Source: Anolis carolinensis (Eukaryota). From it: a stretch of DNA of 64,000 nucleotides. The DNA is taken from the NCBI RefSeq assembly GCF_035594765.1, contig NW_026943820.1, forward strand, positions 18,608,647-18,672,646, in the 5' to 3' direction. Shown here piece after piece: positions 37,391-49,927 of the stretch. The translations under genes were made by a program, and so were the position numbers. Numbering within the stretch: the first letter of the stretch is position 1; each line of letters opens with the position of its first letter. The notes under the pieces are model-generated. The model had not been told where the DNA came from and made no database searches. It saw nothing but the letters and a program-made list of their open reading frames with translations.

Positions 37391-37504
37391 GCTGATGAAG
37401 ATCCTATTATGGGATTCCACCAGATCTTTCTATTAAAGAACATCAATGATGCTTGGGTTTGCACCAATGACATGTTCAGGCTAGCATTGCACAACTTTGG
37501 TTGA
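37391..37504 (+). CDS. NUTF2: NTF2 canonical last exon B: [37 protein letters not shown]
   Basis: Acceptor ttctgtcttcacag; gives the canonical 127-aa NTF2; AATAAA at 37899 and 40957. Confidence 0.97.
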   Translation, partial: ADEDPIMGFHQIFLLKNINDAWVCTNDMFRLALHNFG

Positions 37505-39960
37505 GACAGCATCCCTGAGGCATCTGTCCTTTTCTTTTCTCCTCTCCTCTTTGCAGATATTACTCACACTCATGGAACATTCCAAATATCATACACAAAT
37601 TTGCAACACTATGGCAAGCCAGCAAGACCTGTGACGTGCCCCTCCGAAGAGTTTTTGTTGTATCACTAGAAGAGCTCCTTGTGCATGATGTTTGGAAGTT
37701 AGACTTAGCTGCATTTGACAAGGGAAATCTTTGTGTCACCGGCATGTCTTGGGAAGAATCCATAACACAAAAGGTTGTGTTTCTGTACTGACAAGTTTTC
37801 TAATACTCCAAAGAAACAAAAGGAAAGAAAAGAACAGCAGCTCGAATCCAGCTCAGATATTTTTTTTGTCGTTCAGATGTTTCAGTGCTACATAATACAA
37901 TAAAACCATGCAATTTTCCTAACAGTTTAAATTGTTGGATGTTCAGTCTGTAACTAGAGAGTCCTTCATCTCCAACTATATCCAAATACCTGGTTTGGGA
38001 GCAGGTGGCTGGACATACATTTGAAGTTGTGAAAAATGTTCATAGCTGTTTTGTAGGACTTTTTTGGTAGTTGTGAAAGTTTTGGATATATCAATTGATG
38101 GATTGTTCAAGTACTGAACATTGCGTCCTCATGAAAATCACAACATGGATTTATATTGATTATGTGTATGCAGATCAGATCATTACACTGAAACTTTAGT
38201 ATTTTCTTTTGTTTTTAGTACCAAATGGATTGAAAAGTGATGCATAAAAAGTGACAATGCAGGATGTACTGTGGATAGGTTTCCTTTTTATGGACTGTTT
38301 TCCAGACTACCATATTTACTGTTTTGTTCAAGAGCTGGGGACCTTTTTTCAAAGTAACGTGTAACTTTGTCCCCGAAGACATTGGCAACCACATTTTAAT
38401 GCTCACCTGTGTCTTGCTCTGGGTAATATCCTGAGCTGTCCTTCAGATTTTTTGTTGTATCAGGGGCATGCATCAATAGTAGTGTCTTAATTAGTTAAAA
38501 AGCCTCAATACATATAAACAGCTCAAACAACTCTAGAAAAATATTCTTTCCCTCTGTGGAAAGCTTCAGAGAGGTAAATAATCCCCCCCTCCCCAAAATG
38601 GCCAGATCCTGGAAGGATATTTATTCAAGCATTGTTAAAGGCTTTCACAGCCAGAATCACTAGAATGTTATGGTTTCTGCCTATGTGTGTTTGTTTGAGT
38701 GTTTATTAGCGGGAGCTGAGCAGTCTTGTATTCACAGGCCTTTGACATTATTGTATTTTCTACAGAGCAGTTCCAACATATGCTGGGGACCTGAGCTGGC
38801 ACACAGTCTTCTATTCAAGATGCTGATAAATACCAGAAGAAATGTGCCGTTTTTGGCTCTGCAAAAGAAATCTGTTTGATGTGCTCATTGATGATCTTGC
38901 ATAAGGGCAGCTCTTGTCTGTACCTATATGGCTACAAACAATTCAAAGCAATGTTTTAAAGTGTGTTCAAATACAGAAGTTTATTTCTATACTACCCGAA
39001 TGATCCAAGCTTTTTAAAAAGTCACTTTTGGATTTACTCTTCAGTGTGTCATGTAGATTCTTTGCACTGATGCTTCTGCATCCTTGTATTTTCATGGTGT
39101 TGTTTCCTTACTCAGGGAAAATCCAAATAATGGCTACTCTTCCCAGCAAGGACGCATTCTGAAGAACAACGGCTGGATCTACACTGCCATATAATGCAGT
39201 TTGAATCTGTACAATATGGTCAGTGTCGACCTATATAATGCAGTTAAACTGTATTGTATGAGTCCCCACTGACTATATAATTCAGATTCAAACTGCATTA
39301 TATGGCAGTGTACATTCAACGTATAGCTCATACCACTAGCCCTGCTTGCCAGTGGTGTTGCTGGCCAGTTCTGGAAACTTGTTTGGGCAATGAGGCTTAG
39401 GCTGGCATCTATGTCTTAATATGTGTGTAGACTTCATTTGTGACCATCCCAATATTTGTGGAATATATTTCCAAGCTTGTTAAGGATTACAGCATTTTGG
39501 TCTTCAAAGCAGATGACAGAAAGAAGAAGATTTTCTCCTTGCAAACTCACTAGTAGGACACAGGCGTCTTCTGTGTGAATCTCAAATGACTTCACCTTGT
39601 AAGAAGGTTGGAGGAAAGAAGGTATTGCATTCTTCTGTGTTTTGAACTAATTGTTGTATAGGCCTTAATAAGAGCAGTGTCCAATAGCCATATAGACACA
39701 AAATGCCTTACAAAAATTAGTTAAATGTGACTTTCACGGGGAACACATTTTGTTTAAAAGGGGGCCTTACTCATTCTTTTTGATGGAACAGCTCAGGTGA
39801 GCTCAGGTGAGTTGTCCTGTTCACATGATCTTCAGCCTCCAAATACCAGCATGTGCTACTGTCTTCAAAATAATGTTCCTACTAAAGGAAATACTAAGGA
39901 CTGTAGATGAATAGGTTATTCAAGAAACTAAGAGAGGCCATCCAGCCTGCTCTACTTAAT

Positions 39961-40276
39961 CATAGAATCATAGAATAGTAGAGTTGGAAGAGACCACATG
40001 GGCCATCTAGTCCAACCCCCTGCTAAGAAGCAGGAAATCGCATTCAAAGCACCCCCGACAGATGGCCATCCAGCCTCTGCTTAAAAGCCTCCAAGGAAGG
40101 AGCCTCCACCACGGCCCCGGGGAGAGAGTTCCACTGTCGAACAGCTCTCACAGTGAGGAAGTTCTTCCTGATGTGAGAGCTGTTCGACAGTGGAACTCTC
40201 TCCCCGGGGCCGTGGTGGAGGCTCCTTCCTTGGAGGCTTTTAAGCAGAGGCTGGATGGCCACTTGTCGGGGGTGCT
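39961..40276 (-). mobile_element. CR1 3' end with an inverted duplication (fold-back)
   Basis: (catagaat)n tail; arms 40048-40152 and 40172-40276 are reverse complements. Confidence 0.9.
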
Positions 40277-41473
40277 AATGGAAACCATTGCCTTGTAAAT
40301 TGTATTCTTTGTAGGAGAGGGAGAAAAGCTTCCTCCAGAAGGGATGGTAGTGTTTCTGCTCTGAGATAATGAATGATGTCTAGATTGTGGCTATTAAAAC
40401 TGCTGGTTCAAATAATGCAAATTCTTTCACCCGGATACAAATGTTAAATGAAATCAAATCATGTATTGGCACACAGAAACCTGTGCAGTTAGTGACGCTG
40501 CTTATGTGAAATAGTCTACCAGCCATATATTGACTTACTACTGGGTTGCCAGTTTTAGTCATTCTTGGAGAGCAGCAAAACCAGGACTATTTTGCTCCTT
40601 TTAGGACAGTGTCAGTCTTGGTGAGTCACAAGTTGTATAATTCTTGGGCTCATATGAGCCTTCTGTATAACTCCTACTGCCTGCTTCCTTTTTGGCTATG
40701 CAAAAACACATTGCATATTTTGCTTATGGATATGTATTTCAGCATGGGAGAGCCGTGAACTGTAAAAAGATTACATTTAGGTAAATACATTGCCTAATGC
40801 GCTGCATAATTGCAGTTTATAAACGGAGTGGAGTGCAGTCTTATTTTAGAGCTTGGATTGCAGAACAGCAATACATAAGCTGAAGTTATATATAGTAAGA
40901 CTACCTATCCTTGTATAATTTTGCTTTGTCACGATTGTACCAGTAGTAAACGTATAAATAAAGGATCTTTAACTAATAGTGTTGCTTTAAAACTAAGCTT
41001 AAGGAATGGTGAAAACTAAGGAAGCAAGGTAAGATTGGTATTAAACTTCAAAAATCAAAAACAGTAGGAATAGGTGACCATTGCTATGTTTTGTTCATTA
41101 AGTAAGAGCCATTTGGTTCAGTGATAAAAGGGACAGGACAAAATTTCAAACCATCAGAGTATCCATATTGTTTATTGGGGTGGCCCTCTCTTCTCAGCTG
41201 AAAAATACCTGTCTGTTTCATTTTGGAAAGAGGCTTGTACTTTCAGAAGAGATGGATAAAAGAGTTCAAATCTTCACAGTTTAGTGATTTCTGGAAGGAA
41301 AGTAGAGTCTTGCTAGACTAGAGAAAGACATTTCCTTTTTTGTCATTGATGTATGTAAAAAAACAAAAACCCATGGAGAGTTGTTTTTCTTCGCCATTTA
41401 CATCCTTCTGAGAGCCGGCATGGCGTGATGGTTTGAACACTAGGGTCTACTTGGTGGCGGGGTATAAATAATG

Positions 41474-41549
<76 letters not shown>

Positions 41550-41559
41550 CACTGCTATA

Positions 41560-41835
41560 GGTAAAGGTTTCCCCTGGTGTTAAGTCCAGTCGTGTCTGAC
41601 TCTGGGGGTTGGGGCTCATTTCCATTTCTAAGCCGAAGAGCCAGCGTTGTCCATAGACATCTCCAGGTCATGTGGCCATAGGCATGACTGCATGGAGCGC
41701 CGTTACCTTCCCGCCGGAGCGGTACCTATTGATCTACTCACATTGGCATGTTTTCGAACTGTTAGGTTGGCAGGAGCTGGGGCTAACAGCGGGTGCTCAT
41801 TCCGCTCCCGGGATTTGAACCTGGGACCTTTTGGG
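41560..41835 (-). mobile_element. Sauria-type SINE
   Basis: Reverse complement of the 17381-17670 family. Confidence 0.85.
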
Positions 41836-42469
41836 TCCCTGGGATCTGCTATATAATCCAGATTATCAAGATAATCCACATTATCTGCTTTGAGCAAGAT
41901 GATATGAGTCATTACTGCTAGATAATCCAGTTCAAAGTAGATGATCTGGATTTTATTTGGCGGTGTAGAAGGAGCCTCAGGCTGGATCTGCACTGCTCTA
42001 TATCCCAGGATCTGATCCCAGATTATCTGATCACCCCGGATTGTCTGGCAATGTAGACTCGTAATCCAAATCAGATAATCTGGGACCAGGTCGTGGGATA
42101 TCGGGTAGTGTAGATCCAGCCTCAGCCTCCTCGTACTCGGCAGGCCTTGCTCCCCAAGAAATACAAATCTCTCTCCAATCTTCATGGAAGGAGGATGGGG
42201 ATGATGATTTTTTTTTGTGTGTGTGTCAGGAGCAACCGGAGTTGCTTCTGGAGTGAGAGAATTGGCCATCTGCAAGGATGTTGCCCAGGGGATGTTTTGA
42301 TGTTTTACCATCCTTGTGAGAGGCTTCTCTCATGTCCCCGCATGGAGCTGGAGCTGATAGAGGGAGCTCCTCCACACTCTCCCCGGGTGGGATTCGAACC
42401 TGGCAGCTTTCAGGTCAGCAACCCAACCTTCAAGTCACGAGGCTTTTATCCCCTAGGCCACCAGAGGCA

Positions 42470-43095
42470 TGAAAGATAGATGGCAGGAAAGAATGACAGA
42501 TGGAAGGAAGAATAAGTGTAAGGAAAGAGGGATGGATGGATAAATAGAAGGCAAGGAATGGAAGGAGGGAGGAATGGAAAGAAGGCAAGAAGGTGGGATG
42601 GAAGGATGGAAGACAAGAAGTATAGATGGATGGAAAGAAAGAAGGGCCCGGGCTGTGGCGCAGGCTGGAGAGCAAGCCAGTTGCAATGAATCACTCTGAC
42701 CAGGAGGTCATGAGTTCGAGGCCCGCTCGGAGCCTATGTTTGTCTTGTCTTTGTTCTATGTTAAAAGGCATTGAATGTTTGCCTATATGTGTAATGTGAT
42801 CCACCCCGAGTCCTCTTCGGGGTGAGAAGGGCGGAATATAAATGCTGTAAATAAATAAGGAAGGAAAGAAGGCTAGATGGAAGGAAGGAGGGATAGATGG
42901 AAGAATAGATGGTAGATTAGATGTAAGGAAGGGAAAAAAAATGATAAATTGAAAGAAGAATAGACGGAAGGAAGGAGAAATGGATGGACGTAGAAGAAAG
43001 GATAGATGGAAGGAAGAATAGGTGTGAGGAAGGAAGGAAGGAAAAATAGATAGAAATAAGGAAGGAAAGAAGGCAGGCAAGGATAGATAGATAGA
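42470..43095. repeat. Purine-rich degenerate (GGAA/GGAT/AGAT)n satellite with a tRNA-derived SINE at ~42648-42858
   Basis: Low-complexity purine tract; SINE head has A-box tggcgcaggctgg and B-box gagttcgaggccc. Confidence 0.75.
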
Positions 43096-43097
43096 TA

Positions 43098-43420
43098 CGG
43101 TAGAGTCTCACTTATCCAACACTCACTTATCCAACGTTCTGGATTATCCAACGCATTTTTGTAGTCAATGTTTTCAATGCATTGTGATATTTTGGTGTTA
43201 AATTCGTAAATACAGTAATTACTACATAGCATTAATCTGTAATGAACTACTTTTTCTGTCAAATTTGTTGTCTAACATAATGTTTTGGTGCTTAATTTGT
43301 AAAATCATAACCTATTTTGATGTTTAATAGGCTTTTTCTTAATCTCTCCTTATTATCCAACATGTTTGCTTATCCAACGTTCCGCCGGCCCGTTTATGTT
43401 GGATAAGTGAGACTCTACTG
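43098..43420. mobile_element. Tc1/pogo MITE immediately upstream of the EDC4 promoter
   Basis: TIRs and TA flanks. Confidence 0.9.
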
Positions 43421-43454
43421 TAGATAGAGCCGGGATGATGATGATTCCTGTGTT

Positions 43455-43614
43455 AAGCATCTGCTTTGAAGCGGAACTCAGTAGCCGTGCTGCTGTTTGC
43501 GGGGGGGAAGGAGCGGGAAGCAGTGACCGGAAGCGGAAGCGGGCTGCGCGTCGGGGTTTGGCCTATCTGGGTCGGCGAGAGCGGTGTGTTCCAGGCGGCC
43601 TGGCGAGGGGCTCC
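43455..43614 (+). promoter_or_regulatory. EDC4 promoter / 5' UTR
   Basis: Short CpG island with tandem ETS/GABP sites ccggaagcggaagc ~43527-43540 and TTTGAA 43465-43470. Confidence 0.65.
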
Positions 43615-43690
43615 ATGGCCTCGGCCAGCATCGACATCGAGGATGCGACGCAGCACCTGCGAGACATCCTCAAGCTGGACCGGCCCGCAG
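43615..43690 (+). CDS. EDC4: Enhancer of mRNA decapping 4, exon 1 (MASASIDIEDATQHLRDILKLDRPA)
   Basis: Conserved EDC4 N-terminus; CAG|gtgaag donor. Confidence 0.95.
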
Positions 43691-43895
43691 GTGAAGCCCG
43701 GGCCGGGAAAGAGGGCGGGAATGCGGCGGGCGGGGGGTCCGGGCCTCGCGGCCTTGCCTGGAGGCTGGAGCCCGGGAAGGAGAGGGAGACCCAAGCACGT
43801 CTGTGGAGGGAGTCCAGTCAGGCCTGGACTGGAGGAGTCGTGTTCCTGGGCTGCCCATTGGAGGGAAGGCTGAGAGGAGACATGACAGCCATGTA

Positions 43896-44219
43896 CAGTA
43901 TAGTCTCATTTATCCAACATAACCTGGCCGGCAGAATGTTGGATAAGCGAATATGTTGGATAATAAGGAGGGATTGGGGAAAAGCCTATTAAACATCAAA
44001 TTAGATTATGATTTTTACAAATTAAGCACCAAAACATCATGTTATACAACAAATTTTACAGAAAAAGTAGTTCAATACGCAGTAATGTTATGTTGTAATT
44101 ACTATATTTACAAATTCAGCACCAAAATATCATGATATATTGTAAACGTTGACTACAAAAATGTGTTGGATAATCCAGAACATTGGATAAGCGAGTGTTG
44201 GATAAGTGAGACTCTACTG
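43896..44219. mobile_element. Tc1/pogo MITE nested in a CR1 fragment (~43805-44450)
   Basis: TIRs and TA flanks; CR1 peptide EGRLRGDMTAMY interrupted at a TA and resuming as KYVRGS. Confidence 0.88.
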
Positions 44220-44464
44220 TATAAATATGTGAGGGGAAGTCATAGGGAGGAGGGAGCAAGCTTGTTTTCTGCTGCCTAGAGACTAGGATGCGGAACAATG
44301 GCTTCAAACTACAAGAAAAGAGATTCCACCTGAACATCAAGAACTTCCTCACTGTGAGGGCTGTTCAGCAGTGGAATTCTCTGGTGGAGGCTCCTTTGGA
44401 GGCTTTTAAGCAGAGGCTGGATGGCCATCTGTCGGGGATGCTTTGAATGTTATTTTAATAATAA

Positions 44465-45420
44465 TCTATATCAGGGGTCCCCAAACTAGGGGCCGGATGC
44501 GGCCCTCCAAGGTCATTTATCTGGCCCCTGCCCTCAGTTTTAGACTAAGTCTGAAATGACTTGAAGGCACACAAAAATAACAACAATCCTAATTAACTTG
44601 ACTATCTCATCAGCAAGAAGCAGGCCCACACTTCCCATTGGCATCCTGGTAGGTTTATGTTGGTTAAAGTTGTTCTTATTTTTGAATATTGTATTGTTCT
44701 TTCATCATTTTTTGTTTTTGCATTACAAAGAAGATGTGCAGTGTGCGTAGGAATTTGTTTGTATTTTTTTTTCAAACTATAGTCCGGCACCACAACACTC
44801 TGAGGGACCGTGGACCGGCCCTCTGCTTTAAAAGTTTGAAGACCCCTGATCTATATATATAAAAGGAGAATGGCATCACTCCACCGGGCAAAACAACAAA
44901 ACTAAAGACTCCCCAACCTAGAAAATTGACAACACAACCCCTCAGCCACGTCTCTACGTTCTTACAAACAAACTAGACATCCCCAACCTCCATGGGGCCT
45001 AAAAAATCCCAAAAACTGGAACGCTCCATCTGTGCCAAAGGCCAGCTCACGCACGGACAGAACAACCCCAACCCCCCCTCCCTCAACTGCCGACTGAGAA
45101 GGAAAAGGAAAGGCCCCGACTCCATCAGGCATGCTGGGAGTTGGAGTCCAAAGACACCCGGAGAGGCCTAGCCTGCCTTACCTCCTTCCACCCCTGCTAC
45201 TTCAGGCTCCAGCAAGGCTATTCAGTCCTGTTCAACCTGCCCAACCAAGATTTCCCCTACATGGAAAACCCTCATATTTTGAAGCCATCAGGCCATTCCA
45301 TCCCATTCAACCAGCCCAAGGAAGGAGGCCCCTATATACAAAGCGGCCAGACTTTGAAACAGCAAGGCTATTCAGTGCAATCCCAATTGGCCACAGCAAC
45401 GCGTGGCAGGGCACAGCTAG
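44465..45420 (+). mobile_element. Non-autonomous Helitron-like element with a hAT inserted in its 5' end (44472-44848, TSD atctatat)
   Basis: 5' a|TCtatatatataaaa; 3' hairpin gccacagcaacgcgtggc then CTAG|t. Confidence 0.65.
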
Positions 45421-45659
45421 TAATAATAATAAGTTTATTTATATCCCACCTCCATCTCCCCCAAAGGGGACTTGGGGCGGCTTACAAAATCAAAATACAA
45501 GTGATGATAAAATATGAAACATCAAAGGACAACAACAAGAACCAATAATAAAATATACACAATAGGCGAAAAAACACAACACAGAATTAAAACATCAAAT
45601 TAAAGGCCCTCTCTCTCGTCCCCACCAACCGCACTTGTGATGCTGGCGGAAGCGAGAGG

Positions 45660-46612
45660 CATCATCAGAGGTTTTGAGCTTTGTTGGAAACTAGCCAAGC
45701 GGGGTTTATATATCTGTGAAATAATGTCCAGCGTGGGAGAAAGAACTCTTGTCTGTTGGAGGCAAGTGTGAATGTTTCAATTGGCCACCTTGATTGGCAT
45801 TTAATGGCCTTGCAGCTTCAAGGACTGTCTGCTTACTTTCTGGGGGAATCCTTCTTTAGGTGGTGTAGCTGGCCCTAATTATTTTCTGTCTGGAATTATC
45901 CTTTTTTTTAAGTGTTGTTCTTTATTTACTGTCCTGATTTTAAAGGTTTTTTTAATAGTGGTAGCCATATCTTGTTCATTTTCATAGTTTCTTCCTTTCT
46001 GTTGAAATTGTCCAGTAATTCAACCAGAGAAGTCAGCCATAGCAGAGCAATTGATGAACCAACCTGGACGCAGCATTTTAATTGAGAACAAAGAAATGCG
46101 GGGCCACTCTGACAGCCATCATGTCAGACTACACAGAGAAGCCATTGAAATCCACAAGCATGTGGACAATTTCAACAGAAAGGAGGCAACCATGAAAATG
46201 AACAAAATCCTGCTACCAGTATTTAAAAAAACTCTAAAATCAGGACAGTAAAGAACAACACTCAGAAAACAGGAGAATTCAAGACAGAAAACAATCAGGG
46301 GCAGCTAACAACTCCTGACAAAGGATTCCCCTAGACAGTAAGCAGCCAGTCCTTGAAGCTGCAAGGCCATTAAATACTAATCAAGATAGCCAATTGCCAC
46401 ATTCACGCTGGCCTCCAAGAGTTCTTTCTCCCACCCTGAACATTCCACAAATAAATCCCACTTGCCTAGTTTCCAACAGAGCTCACAACCTCTGAGGATG
46501 CCTGTCATAGATGTAGGTGAAACGTCAGGAGAGGATGCTTCTAGAACATGGCCATACAGCTGGGAAAACTCACCGCAACCCGGTGATTCCAACCATGAAA
46601 GCCTTCGACAAC
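45660..46612 (+). mobile_element. Penelope-like element: inverted 5' segment plus GIY-YIG C-terminus and pLTR
   Basis: Peptide HHVRLHREAIEIHKHVDNFNRKE (GIY-YIG endonuclease end); 45660-46014 is an inverted copy of ~46160-46500. Confidence 0.85.
46489..46529 (+). ncRNA. Minimal type-I hammerhead ribozyme motif in the Penelope pLTR
   Basis: cct-CTGAGGA-tgcctgtc atagat gtaggt-GAAA-cg-TC-agg: stem I cct/agg, stem II, intact core, GUC cleavage triplet. Confidence 0.7.
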
Positions 46613-47517
46613 ACATTTATTCTAGTTGCTCAACTTTTTATAATTTATACTTTTATGCATTTTATTCCTTTTATGACTTTCATTTACATACTACTTACGA
46701 AATAAGAGTAAAATGTTCTGGAAACATTCTGAGTAAACAAATACTTTTGTAGCAACTCTGAGATTATGCTGGCCTTTTAATACTGAAGTATCTCTTTCCC
46801 CAACGGGAACCCACTCACCAGTTAAAGCCTTGTTTTATTTCCACTTCCAGTCTTTATGCAGGCCAGAATCACAGATGAGTTAAAGATGAGTTTCAGTTAA
46901 AATTTCAAATCCTTGGGGGTGAGGTATGGTTGCATTCTGTTTTTTGCCACATAAGACCCACTTTTACTTTAAGGTTTCATAGAGGACATAGAACCTGCTT
47001 CATCGTAGTCTTGTTTACATTAAACTTTCTGTGTTTTAAAAAAATAATGTTATTTTTGTTTGTACTATTTTTATATTTGTGCTTGTAACATTTTCCCGAA
47101 TCCAACCTACATTGAACTACGAAGAATATTGTTGCTGACATATTGTAATACATTCTGAACTCATCTGTGTTAACTTATAGATTCAGTAGGTGAAGTCACA
47201 GGCTGAATTCTAGATGTTATTGGTTTGAAGTGATTGCTTAACTGACAGCCTGTGGCGTACAATAGACTAGTCAGATAGGATTACAAGCCATAGTTTGAAG
47301 TGTGTTCAGAAACATTTGTTTGTTTATGTTCCATAATTTTCCCAAGCTTACAAAACGTAAAACAGACAAAGCAAAAAAAATAATCTTATGTCCTATGCTA
47401 ACTATGATTTCATTTCAGTTTTTATAACCTTGCAAATAACTTCAAAAAGGCAGTGAAAAACCTGTTGATACTGTCTTTGGTGCCCATGTAACCCTTGTTT
47501 TGTTTCATTTCATTCAG

Positions 47518-47674
47518 GTTCTGTAAATGAAAACCAAAGATCATCTAGTTCATACAATGGAGACCTCAATGGTTTGTTGGTACCAGATCCCATAGCAAGT
47601 GGAGATGGTGTTTCCTTGGCCAAGCCTATCCCTCAAACAGTTCCTCTGGGAGCACTGCAGGAGAAGCAAGTCAT
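47518..47674 (+). CDS. EDC4: EDC4 exon 2 (...SYNGDLNGLLVPDP...LQEKQV)
   Basis: ttcag/gtaagt; YNGDLNGLLVPDP conserved. Confidence 0.93.
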
Positions 47675-49163
47675 GTAAGTATCTTGTTGGATGGAAGATA
47701 GTCAAGGCTGAGAGCACTGTTTGTGTTTAACCTGGGTCTGTTACAATGAGCTTGGTTCGGAGTTACCTCTTCTTCAAATATTTCACTTCCAGCAGTATCC
47801 TAACTTCCTGTTCAACACATGTAGCTTTTCTGGAGAGCCCCAGATTTACATTATTTTGCTGCCCCCACAAATGAGCAAGGGTATTTTGACTGTTCGCCTA
47901 ATGGGGGTAAATCTGTGCAGTTATAGATACTGTAATTCCAGGTTGGGTTTGTAAAATACAGTTATATTAATAGTTTACAAAATATGTTTCATTATACCTT
48001 CCACCATGAGTCCAAGTTGAATCAGACAGTTACTATCAATGATGAACAACAGCAACAGACCATAACACTATTTAACATGACTGCAAAAACATTGCTTTTG
48101 TGGGACATCCTACAGCACATTTTGCTATAGTTTTTCAATGGATATCTGATAGTCTCAACCAATTCATAATAGGGTTGCTGTGAGTTTTCTGGGCTGTATG
48201 GCCATGTTCCAGAAGCATTATCTCCCGATGTTTTGCCCACATCTATAGCAGGCATCTTCAGAGGTTGTGAGGTCTGCTTGGAAACTAGACAAGTGAGGTT
48301 TATATACCTGTGGAGTGTCCAGGGTGGGAGTCCAGGGTCTGTTTGAGGCAAGTGTGAGTGTTGCAGTTGGCCACCTTGATTAGCATTGAATGGCCTTGCA
48401 GTTTCCAGGCCTGGCTGCTTTTTGCCTGTGGGAATCCTTTCAACATAATTTGTGCCAGCCACAAAAATGAACTTTCTGGAATATAACAACTACTTTCAAA
48501 GTAAGTACCACATAATAAAACAGGAAATAACGCTTTCAAACTAGAAACAGAAAATCTTTCAAATTTTGTTATATAGTGTAATCAGTATCTAAAATGTACT
48601 TATCGTGATAGCTTCCAAAATGTAGTGTGATTCAGTGGTTGGCTATGTTTAGAATTTGCATATGTCATGTATGTTATAAGCAAATGCCATGTCATCTCAA
48701 AAGTGTCTTTGCTTGTTTTATCACAGTTTAGGCAAAGTTTGGATGTCAGTAGTTGAGTTTTTTGGTCTAGCATTATTTTCACGAGTGGGCTAAAGGAAAA
48801 TCCTCTGCTAAATGGTCCCATCACAGTAGCACAAATGCCTTTTCAGTCTTGAGACTTTAGTGACCACCACCCAGATTTTTTAAAACTGTTCTCTTAGTAT
48901 ATTTATTTGCAAATAATTATATACATTAATAAAATGTAAAAAAGAAAACCCAAAATACCTGCCATTCAAGGCACATTCTTTTTGAGGTCCAGGAAACAAG
49001 TGTTGTGTTGGACCAAATCAGGAAGACTTGCTCAAATAAACATGTTTTTTAACATGAATGAAAACAAAACCAGTGGTAGCTGGAACATAGCAAACTGTAC
49101 ATAGCAAAAGTGTTACATACTTAAAGTTATTTTATTTGACTTTGTTTGCCTCTCCCCATTTAG

Positions 49164-49275
49164 CTGCCTCTCTGGAGATGATAGCTCCACTGGAATGGTT
49201 ATCACTGCTAAAGATGTTGAAATAGTTGCCAGCAGTGACTCCAGCATCACCAGTAAAGCTCGAGGGAGCAACAAG
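49164..49275 (+). CDS. EDC4: EDC4 exon 3 (CLSGDDSS...KARGSNK)
   Basis: tttag/gtaaaa; in frame. Confidence 0.93.
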
Positions 49276-49927
49276 GTAAAAATCGAAACATCTGTCTCTT
49301 CAGTATTATACTAACTGACTTTCCCCAGCCACTGCCTTCCAGATTTGTTGAACAGCCAGTTTACATTTTAGGTCCTATCAGTCAATAATTTATGAACGCA
49401 ATAGTTTGAAGGAGCAAGCTTCTTTTGATTTTTAAGGCTCTTCATCCAGTGATCTATTCCCCCACGTCCAGCTTGTCTTGTGTACATTTCTTCATTGTTG
49501 CCAGAATAACTTCTGCTATAGATTTAGTTCTGATAATATTAATTAGGCATAGTAAATTTGACCAAGTTTATATTGTACTGTTTGAAACATTACTCATATC
49601 ATGGTAAACTAAGCATTAGACATTTCCCCTCTCTTTCTGTATGCTTGTCTTGAAGGACATATTGTGGCTCTGATGACCGTGATCAGGAACACATGATTCT
49701 CCATAATGTTGTTAGACAGTAATTTCCATCAGCGGTAGCCAGCAGTGAGGAATGGTGGGGCTGCATTTCAGCAGCTTATAGAGAGCCACATGTTGTCATC
49801 CTCCTCCTCCATCCCCCACACACATACAAACACTTCTTGCCATAAAACTTTCTGCCACTATTTTTTTGCCAGTGTTGGAGTGACTTTGACACTTAGTTTG
49901 GTTTTGTGTTCCTTGTCCCCCACTTAG

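Noticed and set aside
40044-40298. Mirror-image ORFs on both strands; also considered as a miRNA precursor
   Set aside because: Artefact of the CR1 palindrome; arms too long and fully TE-derived to call a miRNA without small-RNA data.
42648-42730. tRNA-like A/B boxes
   Set aside because: Head of a tRNA-derived SINE continuing into a repeat body; no complete cloverleaf.
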